In this document: one piece after another, positions 1 to 26,175 of the stretch
How positions within the stretch are numbered: position 1 is the first letter of the stretch
Layout: every line of letters begins with the position of its first letter
Source: Magallana gigas
Taxonomy: Eukaryota
Length of the DNA: 64,000 nt
Assembly: GCF_963853765.1 (NCBI RefSeq)
Contig: NC_088857.1
Coordinates: 19,344,001 to 19,408,000 of the forward strand
Direction: 5' to 3'
The notes under the pieces: generated by a model
Told to the model about the DNA's origin: nothing
The model's database searches: none
What the model saw: only the letters and a program-made list of their open reading frames with translations
Translations under genes and position numbers: made by a program

Positions 1-353
1 AAAATATTTTCATAGTATAGTACTGATAAATTCCAACATTCGATGTCAATTTTAAATAATAAATTGTCTTTGGTACTATCATTTGGAAAGAAGGAAAGAA
101 AAAAGAAACTGATAGCATTCGGTTAACAGAGTCCAAACAAAAACACAAGATGCATATATCTATGCTACGAGGAGATAGTGACTCAAGATTTGGTTTGCTT
201 ACAAGTCAAATCGTCGAAGTCTTCACGGATATAAAACTTTTAAAAAACCCTAAAAATTTGGCAGATCCAAGATTCCAATCAATTACCTTTTGGCAGTTTT
301 TCTTTCAAATTCTCGCGTATTTGTGTTTATAAATCAAGGTGTTCACTTCTTAC

Positions 354-3300
354 CTGTAAAGTGGCATGGAGCTCTCCCACTTGGGGAACACCCTAGCGAT
401 GCTGTCCCTCATCTGAGGGTGGTGGGCCTGGTAGAAGTATGAGTCGTGGGCGAACTTGAGGGCCAGCATGTCCAGGGGGTTCTCCTCCAGTATTGACTCC
501 CAAACCAGGCACGCCTCCGTCATTTCTCTGGAAAATGGCGACAGTGACAAATACAAGTATATCAGCGGACACGGTATGGCAAAATTTGGGTATATTTTTG
601 ATATATGAATGGCTTTATTTTTTAATGTGCATGATGTATCATTATTAATGTTGTTAAATACTTTGGTGTACAGTTTGCATACACCGAATGACTTTCAAAT
701 ATCTACCAACCAAACAAAAAAACCACGGTGCTAAGTGTTTAATGCATATGATCTTTTAAAATAACAAGCTTGATTTCTTTTTAATTGTGTTCATTTATAT
801 TTCTAGATCTTCTAACAAAACATAAAATTAAGTATAAACACAGGTGTTGTTTATAAGCTGAAACACACCCTTGAGCCCACAGTTTGACAGCATTGATGTG
901 CTTTTTCTCGCGTGGGAGGGTGCTAGGACTTTTCTCAAGATCCATCATGGTCTGAACCTCCGCCTGGAAGTCTTTGTCTAAATAGTAACTCCGACCTGTT
1001 CCGAGTGCATCCAAACCGTTCTTGATCACGTGACCCATCACTAATGAAATAAACAATGTATTTAGGAGAAATCCAAAAATTCACGATGTTCATAATTTCT
1101 TCTTGATGACATGTTCTGTATTTGAATATAAAGCAATTTTAATACAATCTAAAATGCTACATCTTATGTTACATTGTAGTGACTCTGACGCCAGTCACTC
1201 GTGAATGGTACGTACCAAAGTTTGGATCGTTGCCAATCATTTTTTCCACGGACTTTTCGAGTCCTCCCAGACTGTCATCATCGTACCATCCCACGTACTG
1301 GAAAATACCATTACAAACTTACTGGTCGAAATCACGATTTGTACCTTTACTATATTCTACCATCGGCATAGTTACAAGAAATTAATATACTAATTTGCAA
1401 TTTCATCCCGATATGCTCTTTGTCTTTTTATTTGCTCAGCTCGATTTTGAAGATTAGCATTTATTCAAAATTGTGTCCCAAAAGATAGGAGCAGTACCTG
1501 TGTCAAAACAGCATCGAATAACTTGGCCGCCTCATTGTTCGTGGTGGACAGTTCAACCCCAAAATCTTTCCAGGCCTGTGATAAAAATACTTTTGTTTTA
1601 ATTATTTAATAATGCAGAAAAGACTAGGTTCCAAAGTTTCGGTACAACGATGCGATTTTTTTATCAGATTTTTAATCGACTTCTATATATTCTTAGGTAA
1701 GTCGACTGTTGAGATGGTCACACGATAGGGCTAGGATTTTCACAATCGATTTTCGATTAATGAAACATATTGTACAAAAAAAAAGGTTATTGTGATGTCA
1801 CGATTCTCACCAGAGAGTCGATAAAAAAATCGGAGGCACTTCAAATTTTCATTCGGCTTTCAGACTTTGCTTTCAACTTTCGACTTAATATAAAACGGTA
1901 CGATTTTAGTAGAAATTAGCGAATAGGATGGAAAATTTGATGCAAAATCTTCGTGTGACCGTACTTTAACACCTTGTACGCCCGTGTTCTTTGCAAACTT
2001 TTAATTTTCACAATATAATTGACTTGTATTACCACAGGTGCTTGTGGACTGGACCGTGCACTCCCCCCCCCTTTTTTCTATATTTTTTTTCAAAATTTTT
2101 TTTTAATTTCTTTTATTAATTATCATTAACAACCCCTTATATATGTCTCCAGCCGAAAAATAAAAGAAATATTACGACTTGGTAGCATTTTATAATCACA
2201 CTCGTTTCCCCTATATATATATATAAAGAGAGAAGGTAAGCAACTCCCGTTTGTTTACATTGAGGTACCACCTGGGAAATTCAAACGATTACTATATCAA
2301 AAATCGGTATACCTTTGGTGTCATCTATTTTTCTCACTTCCACACATATCCTTCTATCTGAAAACTTATATAAATTAGCACGCTGAACCGTAATCTATCC
2401 AATTAATAAACATTTGTCACTCGCGACCACGATATTTTGAAACGTTCCAAGTTGAAGCTACGGAAGTTAGCTGCACAGCGACATCTATGCTAAGATCGAT
2501 AACTCTTCCCGTGTTCCGAATGTCATTGACTTAACGGTAACGCACGAGAGGCCCGAAAAAAAGTTCGAGAAAAGTTTTAGATTAAATGCAAAATTTCAGC
2601 ATTTGAATATCTGCCGTCTTCTATGCCAGCCCACCTATGAAGTGTCTGGGCTTTCAAATCCTGGTAATGTGTTGCTGCAATGCCTGTAGAGCAAACTATT
2701 GATACTTCTTTTTTTTGAGTATACCTAATGTGTTTTGCAATTTTTTTGTTATGTATGTTTTGCCTGTCCCAGCTTGGCCAGTGATGACCAAGTTATGGCC
2801 ATTAATTGCTGCTTGAAAGGTAAACAATTGATCTACATCCATTTTCTTAAATATTGCGCTAAAACTTTTCCCGAACTTTTTTTCGGGCCTCTCGTGCGTT
2901 ACCGTTAAGTCAATGACATTCGGAACACGGGAAGAGTTGCAGCTAACTTCCGTAGCTTCTACTTGGAACGTTTCAAAATATCGTGGCCGCGAGTGACAAA
3001 TTTTTATTAATTGGATAGATTACGGTTCAGCGTGCTAATTTATATAAGTTTTCAGATAGAAGGATATGTGTGGAAGTGAGAAAAATAGATGACACCAAAG
3101 GTATACCGATTTTTGATATAGTAATCGTTTGAATTTCCCAGGTGGTACCTCAATGTAAACAAACGGGAGTTGCTTACCTTCTCTCTTTATATATATATAG
3201 GGGAAACGAGTGTGATTATAAAATGCTACCAAGTCGTGATATTTCTTTTATTTTTCGGCTGGAGACATATATAAGGGGTTGTTAATGATAATTAATAAAA

Positions 3301-3807
3301 GAAATAAAAAAAAAATTTTGAAAAAAAATATAGAAAAAAGGGGGGGGGGGGAGTGCACGGTCCAGTCCACAAGCACCTGTGGTATTACTGGTATTATCGA
3401 TAATGCAAATGGTTTTGAAACATTCAAATTCTAATTCATCTGAGTACATTTACACGATGTTTATCCTGAGAATATTTTTGACTGTCATTCGACAAATCTA
3501 TAAACACTGATGTTCCCCAGCCTAGATTAGAATATCATGTCCCAAACATGCTGCCATACACTCTTAACTGAAAGCAAAATCTTCCAAGGATAAAAACATT
3601 GTTAAATACGTCGTACAAAAGTTAAACATTTACCAATTCATTATTGCAATGCATTTTCATGCAGCTGCACGTTAAATTAGCGTCGTAATACATTTCTGTA
3701 GGGCGTTGAGTTATTACCTTTGTACAGGTAAACAAATTAACAAGTAGTTTTAAGTGGACACCTTCAAAAGCCTAAATTACCTTGCAATCTCTCCAATTAT
3801 TCCTCAT
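354..3807 (-). CDS. TTC38: Tetratricopeptide repeat protein 38, 5' part (continues beyond window start). Coding exons 3781-3807, 1498-1575, 1216-1297, 869-1040, 354-527
   Basis: Exons join in phase with GT-AG to give [78 protein letters not shown]...KLWAQG-EMTEACLVWESILEENPLDMLALKFAHDSYFY, matching the known TTC38 N-terminus. Confidence 0.93.
1633..1968. mobile_element. Degenerate non-autonomous TIR element remnant (Kolobok-like ends)
   Basis: Imperfect inverted ends aaagtttcggtacaacga / tcgtgtgaccgtacttt in TTC38 intron 1. Confidence 0.35.
2033..3381. mobile_element. Foldback-type non-autonomous DNA transposon (Galileo/P-like) with ~525-550-bp TIRs and 7-bp TSD GTATTAC
   Basis: 2033-2580 is the near-perfect reverse complement of 2859-3381 (left arm has an extra ~25 bp). 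Termini CACAGGTG...CACCTGTG. GTATTAC at 2026-2032 and 3382-3388. Confidence 0.9.
2581..2842 (-). pseudogene. Truncated, frameshifted Pif1-family (SF1B) helicase N-terminus inside the foldback element
   Basis: ATG at 2842: MDVDQLFTFQAAINGHNLVITGQAGTGKTYITKKLQNTLGILKK, then a frameshift in an A8 run, then EVSIVCSTGIAATHYQDLKAQTLHRWAGIEDGRYSNAEILHLI. Walker A (GQAGTGKT), motif Ia (STGIAA) and motif Ib (TLHRWAGI) are present. Confidence 0.85.
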
Positions 3808-3860
3808 TGCGTTGCCCTTGCTCATATACAAATAACACCCTCTACCCACTACTTCCCTGG

Positions 3861-4419
3861 ACTGGGTACACTAAATCCTTGGTGATGGAGACAGTTTTGG
3901 TTGAACTTTGACGATGTAAATATTTTTTACTTGGCTAGTCAATACGACAACCCACTCAACCATAAAGTCAGTGGGTTTAAATCTTGCAAAACTATCAGCA
4001 CGCGTTTGGCGTGCAATGCAGAGCTATCCTTTTTACTTTAATTATATTGTACAGTTTCCTAAACTGAATTACAACACTGTTGCAGTTCCATTAAAAGGGC
4101 GTGGTTAAATCTGCCTTCGGACTTTTTTTGGGTTTGACCACGCCCCAAGCAAAATTATCAGCTCATAATTCCTAAATTGATGCATGCACTAGAACAAGTT
4201 TAATGTGCAAGTCGCTCTTTAATCCGATGGCTGCAGATTTAACCGCACCCTTTGTAAACAGTGATGTTCCAAGGTTGAAGAAACTGCACTACACGCCAAA
4301 CGCGAGCGGATCGTTTTGCAAGATTTAAACCCATTTTAAAGTTGAATGTGCTGTCGTGTAAAAAATATTTAGCGTAACCAGAACTGGGTCTAAATATCCC
4401 AGGATTTAGTGTACCCAGT
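3861..4419. mobile_element. MITE with 19-bp TIR containing a nested ~160-bp MITE (4096-4253)
   Basis: Outer TIR actgggtacactaaatcct / aggatttagtgtacccagt; inner aaagggcgtggttaaatctgc / gcagatttaaccgcacccttt. Confidence 0.6.
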
Positions 4420-5676
4420 TCCCAATACAAACTCTATTCGTAGTGTTATTACAGGAAATTTAACACTGAAAAATGTTAATATTATTGATTGCATTGACCG
4501 TTTAAAATTATTTGACTTTCAAAAAAAAAGGGTACATGTTCTTGTGTATATAGTAGAGGATCTTTATTGGGTTTTTTTTTTATAGTAACCAGCCTTGGTA
4601 CAGTAAACGTGAATTGTCACTGGGATTCGCTTCTCCAACGACATAAGAACATTCTCCATCAGCTGCCCCGACCCATAATGTAGATAAAATAATCAATGAC
4701 AAAATAAGCTCCATATGCGACATTTCCATTTAAATCATTTTACAATGGTAAAATAACCCCATCAGCAACACAGCAAAATCACAACATATTGGTACACATG
4801 ATTCTATTTCACTGCTATTCACAGATTGTCAGCTCAATAAAACAAAACACAATTGTAAGAAACGGAAGTTTATTAATAAAAGCAGATTGGTGATTATTAA
4901 CTGAATCCAATAGGCCCTCTCCTCTCTCTTTTTTGGGTTGTAGATGTTTCACATGCTTATTTTCAGAACATAAGTTAGTCAAACACAGCACACATTGTGG
5001 ATTCCACGTTATCTGTAGAAGTCATCATTAAAATCTCCGACTTCTTCACTATGTAGTTTGGAACCATTTTTTTTTCGTGCTGCGCTCTCCATAAAATGTT
5101 ATCAACTAAAACAAGAACTCTAACTTCTTTATGGAAAGATTAACCCCTTCTCGTTTTTTTTACACCGTGAAATGGTTTTAACATTGCAAGTAAAGATGTA
5201 TAAAAGATATAAATTCTATTACAGGTTTTGGATATTAAGTGAAACGAGAAAAGGCTACAGAAACCTTTAACATTTGTACAATTTTTATGAGTTGCTGTTT
5301 TACACAATTGTGTTTTGCAATTTTTTTGGTGCATTTTTGTTTTATAAGGAGCCAGTTAATAATCAAACCATCACTTTTACATTCAACACTGTAAAAAAAT
5401 AACCAGCAAAGTAGAATTTCTCTCAAAATTTAACAAAGATCTTTTGAATTTCACCAATAATGAATTTTTGATATCCAAAAAAATAAACAGCAACAGATAA
5501 TTTAAACCAACCACCATTTAAAAAAGTTTTTCAGTGATGTTCGGCATTTACATTTTAAAAAACAACATTCCAAATAATGACAGATCAAGGTTGGTGCATT
5601 GCGTTGTTGTTGTATGTTAAAGTCTAGAATCATTGACACAGCTCTTGTTGGTTATGAAGCTGTCACGGCTTGTATC

Positions 5677-11129
<5,453 letters not shown>

Positions 11130-11204
11130 TCAAACAATATGGCGTTCACGAATTACGTTCAGTTGCTGGCGACTTGTAGAGGAAATTGTTAATAAAAACC
11201 TACC

Positions 11205-11295
11205 GTTTCAAACCTATTTTTGGTTTTTTCTAAGTTTTTCAGATTTTTTTGTATTTTTAAAGTTGTTTTTTACTTTTTTTGTCCACTTTTTACGT
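11205..11295 (-). promoter_or_regulatory. A-rich 5' UTR tract (PABP autoregulatory-sequence-like)
   Basis: Repeated oligo(A) runs of 5-8 nt separated by short linkers on the minus strand upstream of the PABP ATG, as in known PABP autoregulatory sequences. Confidence 0.7.
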
Positions 11296-11344
11296 GGTGT
11301 GTGATTAAAAAATATAACACACAACACTATCTTATGACCTCGCG

Positions 11345-11393
11345 GTGAGAGAAGAGGGACTCAAAGGAAGTGACGAGAGTAGTGCTCTATATA
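11345..11393 (-). promoter_or_regulatory. Putative pyrimidine-rich (TCT/5'TOP-like) transcription start of PABP
   Basis: Minus strand CTTCCTTTGAGTCCCTCTTCTCTC beginning at 11370; TATATA about 20 nt upstream. A CRE (TGACGTCA, 11584) and an E-box (CACGTG, ~11627) lie further upstream. Confidence 0.45.
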
Positions 11394-11972
11394 TCAAATA
11401 AAAAGAGGAAGTACTTGCGCATTAATATAGTTCTTTTTTATTCAGTTCCTTTTAGAAAAACATTCTCTAAATACATATGTTTATTATAGTATGTATTACT
11501 CAATAAATAAAGTTAAACTTAAAAATGGAACTTTATTCACATAAATATTTCGCAGACTGAAGCAATTTTAAATCACTACACGGTGACGTCAAATGCCGAT
11601 TCATACACCGGGAAATTCAACCGCCACCACGTGGCAAACTACGTGCTCCTGACTTGTAAAATCGATTGATTGAGTTGATTTATTCAATGGATGTAAGATG
11701 GCTTCCGATCAATATAAGATTTTATTTTTTTGAAACTCATTTAAACACTGCCCAAACTGTGCTCTAAAGAGGCAATGTTGTTAATTTATAAGATAGAAAC
11801 TGATTGCAGCGTTGAGTCGATTGTAATGAAATGCAAATTTGCAATATAAAGATCTCAATACCTAATTTACGATTCAGTATTTTGATAGGTGTATTACTAT
11901 AAGAAGAGGTTTGGGGTGCTTCAGCAAAAGTTACGGCAGAAACGCAAAATGTTGTTGGGATTTTTCATTAAT

Positions 11973-12005
<33 letters not shown>

Positions 12006-13276
12006 GAATGATGAAGGTAGATCTAAATACTACAGTGAGGTCGCCTTTAACGAATCACTAAGTAAATTCGCGTTGATGGTACGTTACCAAGCCCGAGTAA
12101 AATTCATAATACAACATTGTTTTATTGTACCATACTTGACTAATAACATCATATATTTCTTTCCCAACAACCAATGATTAAACAAAAATTATCGCTGTAT
12201 TTTGATGAACGGGATCATTTTCTCCATTACCGAATCACGTGATATACAGCTGATTATTTTTTGTTAGGGACAGTGTCGAAATATTTTTTTAAGTTTTAAT
12301 ATGCTTTAAAGCATGAATAAGAAAAATGGAAAGGCTAATTTTTTTTTCATTTTGAATTAAGTGTTCATTCTATTGAAACCGACAATTCATGAAAAAATAA
12401 CAATGAATTCAAAGGTAAAAAAAATGACTGCATGATTTGTAAACTTTGATCATTTAGCTTTTAGTCATTGTAAGTCATCAATATTGTTAAGTTTATGAGA
12501 TACGTGTATATGAACATCTTTTCATGAAATTACAAAGAAATATACAATGTCATGTAAATGGATCGAGAAAAAACCGAAATACGACATGTATGAGGGTTTG
12601 CCCAAAATTGCATAGACAAGTGACGTTATTCAGTTCATAGAACTCACAGAATGATGAAGTTTGTGTCGCAACGGGTTTAAGTTATTTGCATTGAAATTAT
12701 GTGTCGACGTTGATTGTATCAGATTGGGTTTTTATAACATATATGTACTACATCATAAATTTTTAATGCGGCGCAACGACACTTAAAAAAGAAATAAATA
12801 AACATATCGAAACTTGAAGAATATCGTGAAGAAAATAACTCATCGAATAAAAATTTTTTAAAAAAAAAGAAGAAAAAAAATTTATTTAAATTTCTGCATT
12901 TTTTTTTTATTTATTCAAAAAAATTTAGCCATTTTGAATTTTTTAAAGATTTTTTAGCACGTACGTTAGAAAGGTTGAAGTTTGAATATATACACACGGT
13001 AACTAATTATAAAAGAGGTTTTAAAAGATCTAGAAGCATATCCAAGGGCGATTTTAAAGTAAACAAACTAAAATACACAAAATTGCCTAAAAATGTGTTT
13101 AGTGATTGTATAGTTAAGCAACCAAAAACAAAAAAACAAAAAACAAAAACAGGACCGTAATGATGATCGTAGCGGTATCAATTAATTTTGACATAATCCC
13201 TCCATGATCCCCGCATCTCGGTGATTCGTTATTGGAACCCTGACTACCCACAACAATATAGCTAATATAATTATTC

Positions 13277-13641
13277 CAGGCACGTAGCATCAGGGGGGGG
13301 CCAGGGGGGGGGGGGCCTGGCCCCCCCCCCCCCCACTTTTTCTCGCAGCAACAAATCTTTTAAAATTTACATATAGAAAATTGAATTACCATGGAGTTGC
13401 CCCCCCCCCCCCCCCACTTTTTTGGGAGTATGTAAAAAATTGAGTTGAAAATAAGGAAATGAGCATTGAAATTGAAGTTCTATACTACGCCAGCCCCCCC
13501 CCCCCCCCCCCCCCCACGGATTAGAATTTTGACGATTTTGGAAAAGTTTAAATTTCCTTTTTTTTTGGCTTGTCAAGATTTTTTGGATGAGTCTGGCCCC
13601 CCCCCCCCCCCCCCACTTTCAAAAACGATGCTACGTGCCTG
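13277..13641. mobile_element. 365-bp MITE with 15-bp TIR, 5-bp TSD TATTC and internal poly(C)/poly(G) runs
   Basis: caggcacgtagcatc ... gatgctacgtgcctg; TATTC at 13272-13276 and 13642-13646. Confidence 0.85.
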
Positions 13642-14149
13642 TATTCTCTGATTAAGAAAATGTTTGACGCTTTCAGTGCTTGTAGACAGATAATTTTATT
13701 AAACATCTCTACCAAATATGCTTACATACAATGAGCCGTTCACATCAGAGCTCAACCGAAAAGTGAAAGTAGTCAGCTGCACGCATGCTTTTTGTCTGCG
13801 TCTTCAAAAAGCTTGTTCATGTTTGTTTAGAAATTAAGACATAAAACGAGATAAAATTTAATAATTTCATGATAAATTATTAAAACAAGAATAACGCTAC
13901 ATGACAGGATATGTTAAGTTAAGTATTGAACCTTTAATAGAAAAATACAGAATTGTTTATCTGAAAGTGATTCGTTAACGGAAACGATTCGTTAAAGGCA
14001 ACCTCACTGTACTAGGTAGACAAATACGACTGTTTAAATTACTTTGGTCGTTCCACATGTAACCAAGTCCCAAATTATTAAATTAATCCTTAACTAGTAA
14101 ATTTTGCCCAGCTTTGATAATTTTGCTTTTCGTTTTCACAAATACAATA

Positions 14150-14343
14150 TATGACCTGTCATAAGCTGCTTTTAATATACAATTGTCAGTCTGAAATATT
14201 TTAAGCCAGAACTTACACAATCGATATATACGAATGAGATATAAGGGAGAGGGCCCGGCGGTCTAAGTTATGGAACTTGTGTCCAATCCCAATTGTATTT
14301 TTGTACAATAAAAATATGTTCAAATCAAATCAAATCAAATCAG
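14150..14343 (+). mobile_element. 3' end of a non-LTR retrotransposon with a (CAAAT)n tail
   Basis: aataaaaatatgtt followed by (caaat)4. Confidence 0.4.
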
Positions 14344-14760
14344 ATATAAGGGTAGGCGCCCAGTTTCAAAGTATAACAGAGTTGTATTTGTAGTTTTACG
14401 AACACCAAGCACAAAGCGTAAAAACTCAAATTGGACCTTTTCAATATCTTGTCCTTTATGGGAACCCCAAACTTCACATCCATAATTAAAATGCTACACA
14501 CAAAAATATCAAAATTAGAAACCAAAGTACAATGGTTTAAATAAAGCTGATTAATTGTTGATTTGAGAGCAAACATGGCTTTACGACCTTGTGCCGCTAA
14601 TTGTTTTTGAGTGGTAAAAAAATTACCGTTATAATTGAACACAACGCCTAGGTAAACAAACTGGTCCACTATTTCAAAATTTTCACCGTTATATAAAGCC
14701 ATTTCTCGCTGGTGCGGTAATTCCCACCATTTCTAAAAATAACAATTTAGTTTTAGATAC
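14344..14760 (-). mobile_element. Degenerate LINE reverse-transcriptase C-terminal fragment
   Basis: EIVDQFVYLGVVFNYNGNFFTTQKQLAAQGRKAMFALK resembles the post-RT region of non-LTR elements. Confidence 0.75.
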
Positions 14761-14882
14761 TTGTACATCTAGGTTCCATTAATTTGTATAGAACTGTAAA
14801 GTATATCAATAATCTACAGAAGTTCAGATGAATTAATTGCTAAATGTATTTAGTTATTCAAATAGAACGAATGAGTATTAGA

Positions 14883-14888
<6 letters not shown>

Positions 14889-14926
<38 letters not shown>
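14889..14926 (+). repeat. (GA)n microsatellite
   Basis: About 19 GA units. Confidence 0.95.
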
Positions 14927-14931
<5 letters not shown>

Positions 14932-16278
14932 CATTTGCGGATCCAGAGGAGGGGGGGGGGGGGTCCGGGGGTCGGAACCCCTCTTTCTATGGGACTAATG
15001 CATTTTTTTGAAAACTTTGGATGCCTATTTAAAGAAATTTTCTCATTTATGATATAAATACTGTAATTATCTCAAATAAATGCTTTTAAAATAAATTTTT
15101 ATTGCTTATTATAAAGAATTTTGTACAACGTACCGTAATTTTGTTCTTATATGAAAAAAACCCTTTCGATTTTTTTATCGAAATAAAGTACTCCCCTTCA
15201 GCATCCGGTGTTTACTACACCGAATAAACATGTGGACGATAAAATATTTATAACCACATCGACAGTGTATTTTGTACTCTATTTTTTAAAGAAATCGACT
15301 ATAGTTAATAAAGTTATGAACTGACAAGCCATCGAGTAAAACGAAGTTCTAGTAGGAGTGCACGCATTCGTTTTACTTCTAAAATCCGCTTTCAAATGTA
15401 TCTTTTAGTTAATTAACTTAAGTAATTATAATGGATAAGTTTTACTTTGTTTCATACGAAAAATACAAAGAAAAATACCAAGAAAATAACATGACCGCTT
15501 ACGTGGGTTATGCTATTTTTCTGGAATGCTAGCTACCTTCATATATAATAATACCCACATGAAACACAAAAAGCCATTTTTTTGTTTCCAAGAATCGGAA
15601 ATTCTGTTACAAAAATACCGTATAAAAGGGATATATGAAAACCATTATGAAATTAAAATGCACAACTTTTCAAAACTTTCCTAAATATGATCGCATCTGT
15701 ACTACTACCGGATGATGTAACGCATCCATAACAGAAATTCACATCAAGTTTCCTGGGACGACAATTGCTTGTACCATTGTAATACACATGTACCATCTAT
15801 TTAGCAGATAAATTATCCTTATTCTTTTGTCATATCCGATCATTTAGACCTTTATTTAAGAAGGCAATCGATAGAAATCAAAACCGAAAAATAGTTCATA
15901 ATTAAAACATCAAAGACAAATTACCAAAAATCCATTTTTATGGTAGCTTGTAGTAATTAGTCTGAATTATTTTTTGTTTCTTGTCTATTAAGCATAGACG
16001 TACGTACGTTCTCATTGCTGGAGACTGCATTTTTTTAAGGCTAGAAATTATGCAAATCTTCCTCATCTAAACAAAACAGTAAAACGCTCAATAGTGCAGT
16101 GCACTCTGATGTTGGAATTGATGTGAAATAGATAGTGATGAGATAAATGTTTATTAAATTTACGCACGTAAAACGTTCAAAAAGTGCTTGTTTATTGACA
16201 AATAATGAATTTTGCACGTATTGATTTTCATCAATTGGACCCCCCCCTCCCTTTTCCAAATTGCTGGATCCGCCTCTG
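14932..16278. mobile_element. ~1.35-kb non-autonomous TIR element with 5-bp TSD ATTTT
   Basis: Ends catttgcggatccag / ctggatccgcctctg, G- and C-rich subtermini, ATTTT on both flanks. Confidence 0.6.
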
Positions 16279-17302
16279 ATTTTGTGTATGAGTTCATCGT
16301 TATACAACAAATGAATAATTAATTTAAAGTAAATTAATTTTCGCTTAAGTGTGTGCTATGATTAAATCTACATGTAAAAAGGTATGTTCAAAATCTGAAC
16401 TTGTTTGTGCTTTGAAAGTAATTACTCCTTTTTCTGTTTACATTTGTTGGTTGGTGTCATTTAACCACGTTCTAATAAGTAGATATCTATACAATTGCGC
16501 TGTTACAGAGATTTGTATTTTAATTAAATTGATTTTACAAAAAACTGGGGATAGCAATTGTTTATCATCTAAACGGTTACTCGGTTTAAACAGGTATATT
16601 TGTCTCTGGTTTGAATGAAAGTAACCGTTTACGGGCAAACCCGTAATTAATTTCTCTTTAAAAAATAACCAAAATCTGTGTATGTTAATTAAATGATATT
16701 TATTATCAAATCCATTTTTTCAGCCGTTGAAATCTGATCAAGGTGAAATGAAGACTGTCACTCACTCAGGACTAAGATCTAGAGTAATTGTTAATTAATT
16801 AATGAATTTATTGGTAAATCTAGGCTATTGGTCAATTGATGTTAGATATAATGGCAACTTTAATGGCAAGCTTTGCAACTCATTAGATTATACAAATTAA
16901 ACATAGTAAAGTACAGACGTGGGTATTTTACAAGAGACCCTAGTACATACATAAATATGAAAAATGACATAAGTAAAGGGGAAAAACAATGAATAAATAA
17001 TCAGAGGTCTATCATTAAATTGAGAAAGTGTTCAAATTCATTCAGTCATGATTCAAATTAACTACGTTTACATTTGAACTCATTCTTGTAAATTTGTCGC
17101 ATTGTTATCATGATTTAAACCATACACTGTACTTGGGTTCCTTTCAAAATCATACCCATGATTATTGTATGATTTTAACCGATAGATAATTATACATTTT
17201 CTGAATGTTTCGATGAGCTAAAAATCAAATGTTCACAAATATATAGTAATGGATTTTCTTTATCATATACACGTGTTTGCTTTTCAGCCAATCAAAAATA
17301 AG

Positions 17303-25896
<8,594 letters not shown>

Positions 25897-26097
25897 CTAT
25901 TGATGACCAGTATGTGCTCGAGCAGATTGAAATCATTTGAAACTTATATGATGGGAAGTACATTTTCAATATGAGATTTTTACCCTAAAATAGTTATTAC
26001 TAAGCATACCGATCGATCTTTTTCCGGGAATAATGAAAAGATTTGTGGAAAGTGAAAGTACATTTTTAAAAAACGTTCAGTATTAGGACATGTAACG

Positions 26098-26100
<3 letters not shown>

Positions 26101-26172
<72 letters not shown>
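26101..26172 (+). repeat. (TA)n microsatellite
   Basis: About 35 TA units. Confidence 0.97.

Positions 26173-26175
<3 letters not shown>

Noticed and set aside
2027-2032. TA or TATTA as the TSD of the foldback element
   Set aside because: Placing the termini at CAC...GTG gives a longer exact 7-bp duplication (GTATTAC), which is the more parsimonious reading.
14150-14760. Twin-priming inversion of a single LINE
   Set aside because: The inverted RT piece lies downstream of the tail, the wrong order for twin priming; two insertions are more likely.
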